A stretch of 15,553 nucleotides of DNA from positions 1 to 15,553 of the forward strand of contig JAHHIK010000155.1 in the NCBI GenBank assembly GCA_019358935.1, given 5' to 3'. A model generated the notes under the pieces. It made no database searches. It was given only the letters and a program-made list of their open reading frames with translations, and had not been told where the DNA came from. The translations under genes and the position numbers were made by a program. Shown one piece after another: positions 1-8,984 of the stretch. This stretch comes from Tolypothrix carrinoi HA7290-LM1. Its GTDB lineage: Bacteria > Cyanobacteriota > Cyanobacteriia > Cyanobacteriales > Nostocaceae. Numbering within the stretch: position 1 is the first letter of the stretch; each line of letters starts with the position of its first letter.

Positions 1-121
1 CTGAATACTGGTAACAACGGCATCGGCACGTTGGCGCTACGCACCAACGCCACTTTGTTGTACGCGATCGCATGAATTGAGTGATCACAAGCCGTATCAA
101 TCGATAACCCGCAACTTGGGT
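1..121. mobile_element. Terminus of an IS or MITE (left copy), truncated by the window edge; family uncertain (IS982-like ACCC terminus, or IS630-like TA target)
   Basis: 1..123 is the exact reverse complement of 15430..15552. It ends ...CCCGCAACTTGGGT followed by TA (122-123), then runs straight into the middle of a gene repeat unit. Read from the end inward it begins 5'-ACCC, the conserved IS982-family terminus. No transposase is visible. Confidence 0.75.
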
Positions 122-122
122 T

Positions 123-1349
123 AATACGTTGCTAGTGCGAGATGGGGCACAGGTGAATGCTAGTACTTCTGGTAAGGGCAAGGGGGGAAGTTTGACTGTT
201 GATGCCCAAGACGTGCGACTGATTGGTACAGGTGCTGATCCTCAGTTTTTCAGTGGCTTAACTACTTCCGCACAGCCAAACTCAACAGGGGATGCGGGAG
301 ATTTGACGATCAAAACTAATACCTTACTAGTTCAAGATGGGTCACAGGTGGGTGCTGCTACATTTGGTTCGGGCAAGGGGGGAAATTTGACCGTTGATGC
401 CCAAGATGTGCAACTGATTGGTACAAGCGCTGATCCTCAGTTTGTCAGTGGCTTAGGTGCTTCCGCACAGCCAAACTCAACAGGGGATGCGGGAGATTTG
501 ACTATTAAAACTAATACCTTGCTAGTTCAAGATGGAGCTGGAGTAGGTGTGCAGAGTTTCGGAACAGGAACCGCAGGCAACATGATATTAAATGCTCGCT
601 CCATCCGTTTAAACAACGATGCCTTACTCAGCGCTAACACACAAAGCGCTAAAGTTGACCCCAACTCTGAACAGGCGACAATTAACATTAACTCACAATT
701 TTTGATAATGAGCCGCAATAGCAACATCAGAACTAACGCCACAGGAGAAAATGTCATCGGCGGCAATATCAACATTGACACCGATTTCCTCGTTGCTTTT
801 GAAAATAGTGATATCAGCGCCAATTCCACTGATTTTCGTGGAGGTCGAGTCAAAATCAATGCCTCTGGCATCTTTGGCACACAATTCCGGGATGCACGTA
901 CCCCAGAAAGCGATATCACTGCCAGAGGGGCTAGTCCTGAGTTAAGTGGCACTGTAGAAATCAATACGCCTGATGTTGACCCCAGCCGTGGCTTAGTTAA
1001 CTTACCCACCGTACCACTTGACACTGAAGTATCCCAAGTCTGTCAACCACGCACAGCAGAAAATCAAAGCAGTTTTACCATCACCGGACGCGGCGGCTTA
1101 CCACCCAACCCCAGAACCGAACCCCTCACTCCTGACGCTGTACAAGTAGATTGGGTAACGCTCAAACCAAGAAGTGAAAATCGCGTTAATACAGATGTTT
1201 CAAAGTTAACTACCCCCACACCAGCGCCCATCGTGGAAGCGCAAGGATGGGTGAGAAATGCTAAAGGGGAGGTTGTACTCACAGCTTATGCACCCACAGC
1301 TACGCCGCATAATTCCTGGCAGAAACCAGCTTTTTGTCATGGTTCGTAA
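123..1349 (+). pseudogene. 5'-truncated filamentous haemagglutinin-like (TpsA / cyanobacterial S-layer family) exoprotein, C-terminal ~409 codons
   Basis: Beta-helix-type repeats (GDAGDLTIKTNTLLVQDG, GGNINIDT, GGRVKINASGIFG) and the typical cyanobacterial FHA-like tail (SSFTITGRGGLPPNP...IVEAQGW). No signal peptide or N-terminal TPS domain. The frame starts mid-repeat at the element junction, with an in-frame TAA at 105-107 inside the element. Confidence 0.85.
129..537 (+). repeat. Intragenic tandem repeat, 195-bp (65-aa) unit, two full copies plus the start of a third
   Basis: Units begin at 129, 324 and 519 (LLVRDG / LLVQDG / LLVQDG). Long identical DNA tracts, e.g. CTTCCGCACAGCCAAACTCAACAGGGGATGCGGGAGATTTGAC, occur in both full copies. 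Confidence 0.9.
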
Positions 1350-3108
1350 ATATCCTTGTAGTTTTGCAGTTTGCTGGTTGCAGGTGAGTTTATTTATCTT
1401 ACTCAGCAGCCTGATAACTAAACCGTTGAAAGCGCAAATGGATGCAGCACAACTACCGAATCAACAAATCCCTCCGCCGCAGGATGTCCTGCCACCCTCA
1501 GCGCCACCATCGCCACCACCGCAACCGCCAACGCCACTTCCCCCACCATCCGACTTACTTCGACCTGATAATCCAGTTCCCACACCCAACGAACAAATCC
1601 CAAGCGTTTCGGAAACGTTTACTGTTGAACGGTTTGAAGTTGTTGGCAGCACTGTATTTAGCCGCGAAGAGTTAGCTCTTGTACTTACACCTTTCACCAA
1701 CAAACCGATCGCATTTACACAACTGTTACAAGCTCGTGACGCAATTAGCGAATTATACATCAAAAAAGGTTACATTACTTCTGGAGCCTATATTCCACCT
1801 CAAACCCTCACCAGCGGTGTAGTCAAAATCCAGGTGGTCGAAGGTGGTTTAGAAGACATCCAGATAACTGGTACTGGGCGGTTAAATCGCAATTATGTAC
1901 GCAGCCGTTTAGCTCTAGCTACATCACCACCTTTTAATCGCGATCGCCTGCTAGAAGCATTGCAACTACTGCAACAAAATCCTTTGATTCAAAACTTGTC
2001 TGCCGAACTGTCCGCTGGCTCCCGTCCTGGTACAAGTATACTATCAGTTAGGGTGAGGGAGGCTAAGTCCTTCAATACTCAAATAGCCTTGGATAATGGG
2101 CGATCGCCTAGCGTTGGCAGTTTCCGCCGCCGCCTTCAAATCAATGAAGCAAACTTATTAGGGCTGGGGGATAATCTAACCGTCGGCTACACCAACACCG
2201 ATGGCAGCAACTCCTTCGATGCTAGTTACACATTACCCCTTAATCCGCGCAATGGCACGTTGACATTTAACTATGCTAACACATCCAGCAATGTTATTGA
2301 ACGTCCTTTCAACAAATTAGATATCGAATCGGCTTCGCGCTACTATGATTTGACATTTCGCCAACCAATAGTCCAGACTCCCACCCAAGAATTTGCCCTT
2401 GGTTTAACGGCTTCTCGACGCGAAAGTGATATCTCCTCGTTGCTCTTTCGAGAGGAATTTGGGCTTCTTCCTAGTGAACTTTCGCCTGGGGCTGATGAAC
2501 AAGGACGCACCAGGGTATCATCGTTGCAATTTTTTCAAGAATGGACGAGTCGCAACAGCCGGGAAGTTATCGCTGCTCGTTCTGCGTTCAACTTTGGCAT
2601 CGGTGCATTCGATGCCACAATTAATGCAAACGCTCCCGATAGTCGCTTTTTTTCTTGGCAGGGACAAGCGCAATGGGTGCGTCTTTTAGCTGAAGATACT
2701 TTACTATTAATACGTGCGAATATGCAACTAGCAGACCGATCGCTTTTGCCAATAGAGCAGTTTGGCTTGGGCGGTTTGGGAAGTGTTCGGGGATACCGCC
2801 AAGACTTGTTACTTACAGATAATGGTGTATTCGCTACCGCAGAAGTTCAGTATCCAATTTTACGCATTCCCCAGTGGCAGGGAGTTTTGCAAGTTGTTCC
2901 GTTTGTGGATGTGGGTAGCGCTTGGAATTCAGGTAGACAAAATCCGGAGGTTAACACCTTGGCATCCGTCGGTTTGGGTTTGCAGTGGCGTCAGGGCGAT
3001 CGCTTTACAGCTCGTATTGATTGGGGTATTCCTTTAGTATCTGTTGATTCGAGGGAAAGAACATGGCAAGAAAACGGCGTGTATTTTTCCATACTTTACG
3101 GTTTGTAG
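1339..3108 (+). CDS. ShlB/FhaC/HecB-family (TpsB) outer-membrane secretion/activation protein
   Basis: Signal peptide from ATG 1339 (MVRKY...KPLKA-Q), Pro-rich linker, POTRA motifs (YIKKGYITSGAYIP), VRGY motif (GGLGSVRGY) and a beta-barrel C-terminus (RIDWGIPL...GVYFS). The start overlaps the upstream stop region. Confidence 0.9.
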   Translation: MVRKYPCSFAVCWLQVSLFILLSSLITKPLKAQMDAAQLPNQQIPPPQDVLPPSAPPSPPPQPPTPLPPPSDLLRPDNPVPTPNEQIPSVSETFTVERFEVVGSTVFSREELALVLTPFTNKPIAFTQLLQARDAISELYIKKGYITSGAYIPPQTLTSGVVKIQVVEGGLEDIQITGTGRLNRNYVRSRLALATSPPFNRDRLLEALQLLQQNPLIQNLSAELSAGSRPGTSILSVRVREAKSFNTQIALDNGRSPSVGSFRRRLQINEANLLGLGDNLTVGYTNTDGSNSFDASYTLPLNPRNGTLTFNYANTSSNVIERPFNKLDIESASRYYDLTFRQPIVQTPTQEFALGLTASRRESDISSLLFREEFGLLPSELSPGADEQGRTRVSSLQFFQEWTSRNSREVIAARSAFNFGIGAFDATINANAPDSRFFSWQGQAQWVRLLAEDTLLLIRANMQLADRSLLPIEQFGLGGLGSVRGYRQDLLLTDNGVFATAEVQYPILRIPQWQGVLQVVPFVDVGSAWNSGRQNPEVNTLASVGLGLQWRQGDRFTARIDWGIPLVSVDSRERTWQENGVYFSILYGL

Positions 3109-5777
3109 TAAGCGCTGCAGCGCTTAAAGAAGCACTTCAGTGCTTACTACGAACTACGTTTACCCGTCAATTTTTGGTTGGCGGACTACTGGCGCTGATA
3201 ACTGCATTTATGGTAGTATCACCTGTTCTGGCGAAAGCTCCTGCCGTGCAAATGACAAGTAGCTCATCCCAGACTGAAAGTCTAGTGGAACAGGGTAAAA
3301 TATTATACGATGCTGCACAATTTATTGAGGCGGTTAAAGTATTGCAACAAGCAGTTACTGCGTATAGAGCCTCTGGGGATAAATTAAGGGAAGCGATGAC
3401 TCTGAGCAATCTTTCCCTCACCTTCTTTGAACTTGGACAGTGGACGGAAGCTAACAAAGCAATCGCCCAAAGTCTGCAAATATTACAAAGCGGGGAAAAT
3501 ACAGGCACTTTGGGCGATCGCTTGCAAATTCTCGCACAAGCCTTAGATGTGCAAGGAAGGTTACAATTAACACAAGCACAAGCGTCAGCAGCTTTAACTA
3601 CCTGGCAAAAATCCGCTGATATTTATCAGCAAATAGGCGATACTGCTGCATTCACTCGTAACCAAATTAACTCTGCACAAGCAATGCAAGCTTTGGGGCT
3701 TTATGTTCAAGCTAACAAGATTTTAACCGAGGTGCAGCAAACTCTTACAAGCCTTCCAGACTCACCCTTAGTAGCCACAGGACTGCGTAGTCTCGGCAAT
3801 GTCCGCCGAGTGGTTGGTGATTTAAGCATATCACGGCTGGTGTTAGGGAAAAGTTTAGCAGTGGCACAGCGAGTGCAATCTGAAAATGCGATGGGCAAAG
3901 CCCCTGAGGAGGCGATCGCACTTGCTCAACTTAGTCTAGGCAATACCGCCCGCGCCCAGCAAGACACTAAAGCTGCTTCACAGTACTACCAGCAGGCTGC
4001 TACATCTGTTTCCACCATCACACGCATTCAGGCTCACCTAAATTTACTTAACCTGCTTTTGGAGAACAAGGAAAATTTTGATAGGTTGAAAGATGCATTG
4101 GCGTTGTCATCTCAAATTAAATCAGAAATTAGCAACTTGCCCCCCAGCAGAACTTCAGTATATATTCGGATTAGATTTGCCCAAAGTCTAACACAATTAA
4201 GAACAAAAACCAAGACAGATACCTTCTCATGGCTGGATATTGCCCAAGAGTTGTCCACTGCTGTGAAGCAGGCGGTGTTCTTGCAAGACCAGCGAGCAGA
4301 ATCTTATGCTGAAGGTACTCTCGGTGAGTTGTATGAAAAAACCGGGCAGTTATCTGATGCTCAAAACCTGACCGAGAAAGCTTTGTTCAAAGCGCAGACT
4401 ATTAATGCATCGGACATTGCTTATCAGTGGCAATGGCAGTTGGGACGTTTGCTGAACAAAAAGGGAGATATTAAAGGGGCGATCGCATCCTACAATGTAG
4501 CTTATAAAACCCTGCAATCTCTGCGTAGGGATTTAGTCGCCATCAATCCAGATGTTCAGTTTTCCTTTCGGGAAAATGTCGAACCGGTGTATCGAGAGTT
4601 AGTTGAATTGCTTTTGCGAACCTCCCAAGGAGGTATCAATCCAGACAACCTCAAGCAAGCTCGTAATGTAATTGAATCTCTGCAATTGGCAGAATTGGAT
4701 AACTTCTTTCGGTCAGCTTGTTTAAATCTTACGCAAGAACTTGACCCAGTGGTTGACAAAAAAGACCAACGAGCAGCAGTAATTTATCCGATTATTTTAC
4801 CAGACCGCTTAGAGGTTATCCTCAAGTTGCCCAATCAACAACAACTGCGTCACTACAAGACAGTAATAGCCCAAGATAAATTGGAAGGGATTATAGCAGA
4901 CCTGAGGAAAAACTTACTAGATGTCAGTGGGACTGTTCGGGTTCAGCAGCGATCGCAACAGATATATGACTGGTTAATTCGACCAGCAGAAGCAGAGTTA
5001 GCTAAAAGTGGGATAAAAACCTTAGTGTTTGTACTCGATGGTGAGTTGCGGAATATCCCGATGGGGGTTCTTTACGACAAACAGCAGCAGAAATATTTGT
5101 TAGAGAAATATGCGATCGCCTTAACTCCTGGTTTACAACTTCTCGACCCCAAACCTTTGCAAAAGGTACAGTTAAACGCTTTAACTGCTGGAGTCAGCGA
5201 AAAACGCTTAGTCGAAGGCAGAGAATTTTCCGCACTGCAAAACGTACCACGGGAATTAAAAGAAATCCAGTCTGAGATACCTAGAAGTGAAGAACTGTTA
5301 AATCAAAAGTTTACCGAATTGAACTTGCAAAATCAGTTGCGATCGACTTTCTTCTCCGTGGTTCACCTAGCGACTCACGGTGAATTTAGTTCCGATCCGG
5401 AAAAAACCTTTATTCTCACCTCGGATAAACTGGTTAAGGTTAAGGAATTTGATAATTTACTGCGAGTTAGCGACCAAAGCAAGTCTAAGAGTATTGAATT
5501 ACTCGTCCTCAGTGCCTGCAAAACTGCTCTTGGAGACAAACGAGCAGCCTTAGGACTGGCTGGGATAGCTGTGCGAGCGGGCGCACGCAGTACATTAGCT
5601 ACATTGTGGTCAGTGGACGATCGCTTTACCGCCGATGTAATGAGTGAGTTTTACCGACAGTTAAAGGCTGGGGTGAATAAAGCCGAAGCCCTCCAGCTTG
5701 CCCAACTCACTGTTTTTGCTAAGGACAAAACTCCATCAAACTGGGCACCTTATGTTCTGGTGGGGAATTGGTTGTAA
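3063..5777 (+). CDS. TPR-repeat, CHAT-domain (caspase HetF-associated) protein, probably exported
   Basis: N-terminal hydrophobic segment ending SPVLA, then TPR-like helices. C-terminal CHAT motifs HLATHG and LVLSAC (His/Cys dyad present), TLWSVDD and WAPYVLVGNW. Confidence 0.92.
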   Translation: MARKRRVFFHTLRFVVSAAALKEALQCLLRTTFTRQFLVGGLLALITAFMVVSPVLAKAPAVQMTSSSSQTESLVEQGKILYDAAQFIEAVKVLQQAVTAYRASGDKLREAMTLSNLSLTFFELGQWTEANKAIAQSLQILQSGENTGTLGDRLQILAQALDVQGRLQLTQAQASAALTTWQKSADIYQQIGDTAAFTRNQINSAQAMQALGLYVQANKILTEVQQTLTSLPDSPLVATGLRSLGNVRRVVGDLSISRLVLGKSLAVAQRVQSENAMGKAPEEAIALAQLSLGNTARAQQDTKAASQYYQQAATSVSTITRIQAHLNLLNLLLENKENFDRLKDALALSSQIKSEISNLPPSRTSVYIRIRFAQSLTQLRTKTKTDTFSWLDIAQELSTAVKQAVFLQDQRAESYAEGTLGELYEKTGQLSDAQNLTEKALFKAQTINASDIAYQWQWQLGRLLNKKGDIKGAIASYNVAYKTLQSLRRDLVAINPDVQFSFRENVEPVYRELVELLLRTSQGGINPDNLKQARNVIESLQLAELDNFFRSACLNLTQELDPVVDKKDQRAAVIYPIILPDRLEVILKLPNQQQLRHYKTVIAQDKLEGIIADLRKNLLDVSGTVRVQQRSQQIYDWLIRPAEAELAKSGIKTLVFVLDGELRNIPMGVLYDKQQQKYLLEKYAIALTPGLQLLDPKPLQKVQLNALTAGVSEKRLVEGREFSALQNVPRELKEIQSEIPRSEELLNQKFTELNLQNQLRSTFFSVVHLATHGEFSSDPEKTFILTSDKLVKVKEFDNLLRVSDQSKSKSIELLVLSACKTALGDKRAALGLAGIAVRAGARSTLATLWSVDDRFTADVMSEFYRQLKAGVNKAEALQLAQLTVFAKDKTPSNWAPYVLVGNWL
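3888..3919. repeat. Small dispersed repeat (24 nt) inserted at a HIP1 site inside the CHAT gene
   Basis: GCGAT-GGGCAAAGCCC-CTGAGGAG-GCGATCGC: duplicated GCGAT, a GGGC/GCCC mini-hairpin, and a length that is a multiple of 3. Confidence 0.6.
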
Positions 5778-5815
5778 CCTGCGGCAGAAACCCGGTAAGA
5801 CTCAAGTTGTTAGTT

Positions 5816-5982
5816 ATACCATTTCTATATGAAGATGCGCCTGAGAGCGCCCACGAACGCGAGTGCGTGCGCTGTCGAGAGCAAGGTAAGCTCTGTTTGT
5901 AGAGCCTCAAGCTTAAGCACCTGTTCGCCTAGCGTGCGCTCGGCGCAGGGCGATAAAGCGCAACCTCACATAGAATTAGTAT
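5816..5982. mobile_element. MITE-like element, 167 bp, with 25-bp imperfect terminal inverted repeats
   Basis: ATACCATTTCTATATGAAGATGCGC (5816-5840) matches the reverse complement of 5958-5982 (ATACTAATTCTATGTGAGGTTGCGC) at 20/25. TA lies at both termini. The GC-rich non-coding interior has GCGTGCGCT twice. Confidence 0.7.
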
Positions 5983-6002
5983 TAGATTAGACAGTTCTCC
6001 TT

Positions 6003-6758
6003 ATGCAAACCACACAAATATTTAATTGCGTTACTTGTCCCTACCCAAATCCTGATGCTTCCCTGCGTTTATTCTGCTTTCCCTACGCAGGAGGTAGTTC
6101 TCTCATTTTTCGCCGGTGGTTGACAAATCTACCTACAACTGTCGAAGTTTGTCCCATCGAACTTCCTGGACGGGGAATCCAAATGAGGTTAACTCCTTTC
6201 TCACGGCTACAACCCTTGATTGAGACTTTAGCTTCTGCCCTCGGACCATATTTAGACAAACCATTCGCTTTCTTCGGTCATAGCCTGGGTGGGTTGGTCA
6301 GTTTTGAACTTGCTCGCCAACTTCGTAGAGAGCATAATCTTAGTCCAGTTCACCTATTTGTTTCTGCTACCCGCGCTCCTCAAATCCCGTCACCAAAGCC
6401 ACCTATTCACGCACTACCAGACACTGAGTTCATTGAAGAACTGCACCGTTTCAATGGTACACCGGATTCAGTATTGCAGAATACTGAATTGATGCAACTG
6501 CTCATCCCTATCCTACGGGCAGATTTTGCAGTGTTGGAAACTTATGTTTACGCCCACCAAGCGCCACTTGAATGTCCAATTACTGCTTTTGGTGGCTTAC
6601 AAGACGAAGAAGTAAGTCTTGAAGAACTGGAAGCATGGCGATCGCACACCATAGCTTCTTACAAATTACAGATGTTCAACGGTGACCATTTTTTCATCCA
6701 ATCGGAACAAGCACTTTTTCTTCAAACCTTAGCTGAACATTTGCACGCGCTAACTTAA
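6003..6758 (+). CDS. Stand-alone type II thioesterase (GrsT/RifR-like editing thioesterase)
   Basis: RLFCFPYAGG, ELPGRG, nucleophile elbow GHSLG, PILRADF and catalytic His in GDHFF; 251 aa. Confidence 0.93.
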   Translation: MQTTQIFNCVTCPYPNPDASLRLFCFPYAGGSSLIFRRWLTNLPTTVEVCPIELPGRGIQMRLTPFSRLQPLIETLASALGPYLDKPFAFFGHSLGGLVSFELARQLRREHNLSPVHLFVSATRAPQIPSPKPPIHALPDTEFIEELHRFNGTPDSVLQNTELMQLLIPILRADFAVLETYVYAHQAPLECPITAFGGLQDEEVSLEELEAWRSHTIASYKLQMFNGDHFFIQSEQALFLQTLAEHLHALT

Positions 6759-6777
6759 GTTAATGCCTTAAATAAAC

Positions 6778-8931
6778 TTAAAACGCCTTGCGTTCAGCTA
6801 AATGAGCCTTTATTATGGCGCGATCGCGCCACACTGGACGCAATTGTTTTTTAGCAAACATCGGCAATTGCTCGCCAACATGAGTTGATCCCGGTTGAGT
6901 TGCATTGCCGTAGCTAGTTAGTGCCATCGCTTTTACAGGGTTAGAAAACTCAATCGCAGCAACATATGAATCTCCAGCAACAGATTGAAACCGTCCGTTT
7001 TCTGAGGGAGCAAAATTGAGAACGCGGAAAATACCAAGTCCCCCGTCCCCACCATTAGCTGGTAAATCTACATTGCTATACTTCAGACGGAAAACCTCTC
7101 CCCACGGCACATCTAGCGCTCCATAAGTCTTTTCTACCTTAGCTGCGACACTTGACAATGTAGCAACAGCATCTTCAGGATTAACCAAACCATCGGGTGT
7201 TGTACGGGGAGATTTTTCACTCCAAGGTGTACTAAATGCCTTATCTAAATTTATCGCTTCTACCCAAGACGCAAAGAGTACCGCACCTCGACTATCTGCA
7301 TTGGCTTGTCTATCCCAAGTTTCCAGTACACTAGCTGCGCGTTTAGCTAATTCCTGACCGTACTGCTTTGCAGCAGGTATTAAATCATCTAATATGCGGT
7401 CTGCTAGTTCCATGCGCGTCGAATGCTTGTAAGCAATCATTTCATCTAAAGAAATTTTGTCATCTTCTGCCAACATCCTTGCAGAACGTTGCGCTCGGAA
7501 ATCCATGAAACGAGGAGCCATATATAAAGGGTAATCCGAAGCTTTAATAGCTAGTGGAAATGTAGTTGTCCAAGGTGGGTCATTGGCATTTTGTAACCAG
7601 CCACTGGCTGGGTCAATGACGCGGGGTAAATCGTTGTAAGGGTGAATTTTTGTCCATAAAGTTTTCGAGGTGTCACCGGGAATTATACCTGACCAGTATT
7701 CAAAATCTCCTTGCTCGCGCACTGGAACTTGACCGTTAAACAAATGCATAATATGCCCTTCTCTATCGGCATACATCACAGTAAACATCGGCAGTTGCAA
7801 GCGCTCAAGTACCTTTTGGAACTGAGTCAGATTTTGGGAACGTGCCATATCCCACCACTGTTCGAGGACTCCCGGTCGGTCAAGACCAACAACCCGCAGC
7901 GCGATCGCAAAGCCATCTTTCTCACTAACTACAGGTCCGTGGACGGAACTTTTCACTACTAGCGGTTGCTGTAACAACGTTCCGTCTTTTTGTTTTACCT
8001 TCAAAGAAAGGGTTTTTGTCTCAAATGGACGAACTTTGCCATCAAAACGATAACCGTCACCAGTCAGCTTGAGTTCATAAGCATCCCATCCGTCATGGGT
8101 GTTTACGGTATGAGTCCAACCCAAATTGTTGTTGAAGGCAATATTTAAAACGGGAATCCCCACCAAAGAGGCTCCGTAAGCATCAATGCCTGGGGCGGTT
8201 ATTTGCGCTTCATACCACAGAAATAAATCTGACCAGGGAAGGTGTGGATTTGCCAGTAACATCGCGTGACCATTTGCAGAATGTTTGGGTGCGATCGCCC
8301 AACCGTTAGAACCAGCTTTTGGTTCCTGGCTACTCACACCCGCTACTTTCTCTGGGTCAACTACAAAAGTAAAATTAAGCACTCGCTGAAGATGAGCCAG
8401 TACATCTTCTCCTTTAACTGGCAACACAGCTTCAACCGAGTCATCGATTAAATCACCATGTTCTTTTACATAGGTATTTATCCCAGCAGCAAAGGCATCA
8501 AGGTAATTGCGAAAAGCTGGACTTTGTGCAGAATACCAAGAACGGGCGCGTTCGGGTACTCCCATTGTCAGCACCCATTTGTCCGATTCTAAATACTTTT
8601 CTCCCCAATATTCGGCAGCACGCCCCCTTGCTTGACCGTACAGACGCAGTAGCAAATTACCATGACTTTGCATTTGCGCCCACCCAAACGCTTGAAAGGC
8701 ACTTCGGGTATCTTTTCCGTATATATGCGGTATACCATAGGTATCCCAAAGTATCTCGGTCTTTGGTAGAGAGCTTAAACTTTGGCTCCCCACAACCAAA
8801 GCAAAAATCAGACCGACTATAAACAGTAAAACCGCAAATGGCTTTCTTTTAAATATTCTCAGCGCATGACGCTTGGAGCGAAAAACGTGAAAAATTTCTA
8901 AAAAAATCAACTGCACCCTGTTAATGAACAT
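6778..8931 (-). CDS. Penicillin/GL-7-ACA/AHL acylase family Ntn hydrolase (peptidase S45, PvdQ-like), exported
   Basis: Hydrophobic signal/anchor, ILWDTYGIPHIYG, beta-subunit N-terminal nucleophile G|SNGWAIAP, LANPHLPW, GWTHTVN and QNAND. Confidence 0.9.
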   Translation of the reverse strand: MFINRVQLIFLEIFHVFRSKRHALRIFKRKPFAVLLFIVGLIFALVVGSQSLSSLPKTEILWDTYGIPHIYGKDTRSAFQAFGWAQMQSHGNLLLRLYGQARGRAAEYWGEKYLESDKWVLTMGVPERARSWYSAQSPAFRNYLDAFAAGINTYVKEHGDLIDDSVEAVLPVKGEDVLAHLQRVLNFTFVVDPEKVAGVSSQEPKAGSNGWAIAPKHSANGHAMLLANPHLPWSDLFLWYEAQITAPGIDAYGASLVGIPVLNIAFNNNLGWTHTVNTHDGWDAYELKLTGDGYRFDGKVRPFETKTLSLKVKQKDGTLLQQPLVVKSSVHGPVVSEKDGFAIALRVVGLDRPGVLEQWWDMARSQNLTQFQKVLERLQLPMFTVMYADREGHIMHLFNGQVPVREQGDFEYWSGIIPGDTSKTLWTKIHPYNDLPRVIDPASGWLQNANDPPWTTTFPLAIKASDYPLYMAPRFMDFRAQRSARMLAEDDKISLDEMIAYKHSTRMELADRILDDLIPAAKQYGQELAKRAASVLETWDRQANADSRGAVLFASWVEAINLDKAFSTPWSEKSPRTTPDGLVNPEDAVATLSSVAAKVEKTYGALDVPWGEVFRLKYSNVDLPANGGDGGLGIFRVLNFAPSENGRFQSVAGDSYVAAIEFSNPVKAMALTSYGNATQPGSTHVGEQLPMFAKKQLRPVWRDRAIIKAHLAERKAF

Positions 8932-8939
8932 GATAATAG

Positions 8940-8960
8940 AGAGCGAAAAACTTTCGCTCT
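8940..8960. other. Stem-loop between exbD and the acylase gene
   Basis: AGAGCGAAA-AAC-TTTCGCTCT, a perfect 9-bp stem, 8 nt upstream of the acylase ATG on the minus strand; no clear U-tract. Confidence 0.5.
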
Positions 8961-8984
8961 TGAACTAGTTTGATTCAAAACCTG

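Noticed and set aside
1..123. Recognisable transposase C-terminus or group II intron end in the terminal repeat
   Set aside because: The short frames (e.g. LNTGNNGIGTLALRTNATLLYAIA*) match no motif I recognise, and there is no domain V-like sequence. Family assignment is left open.
1258..1338. Longer tpsB start given by the ORF track
   Set aside because: It would overlap the upstream gene by 92 nt; ATG 1339 gives a normal signal peptide.
3063..3100. Tat signal (KRRVFF) on the CHAT protein
   Set aside because: The motif is about 30 residues from the main hydrophobic region, and the segment is constrained by overlap with the tpsB C-terminus; it cannot be supported by eye.
6751..6762. 12-bp palindrome TAACTTAAGTTA at the thioesterase stop
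   Set aside because: AT-rich and loopless; too weak to call a terminator or binding site.
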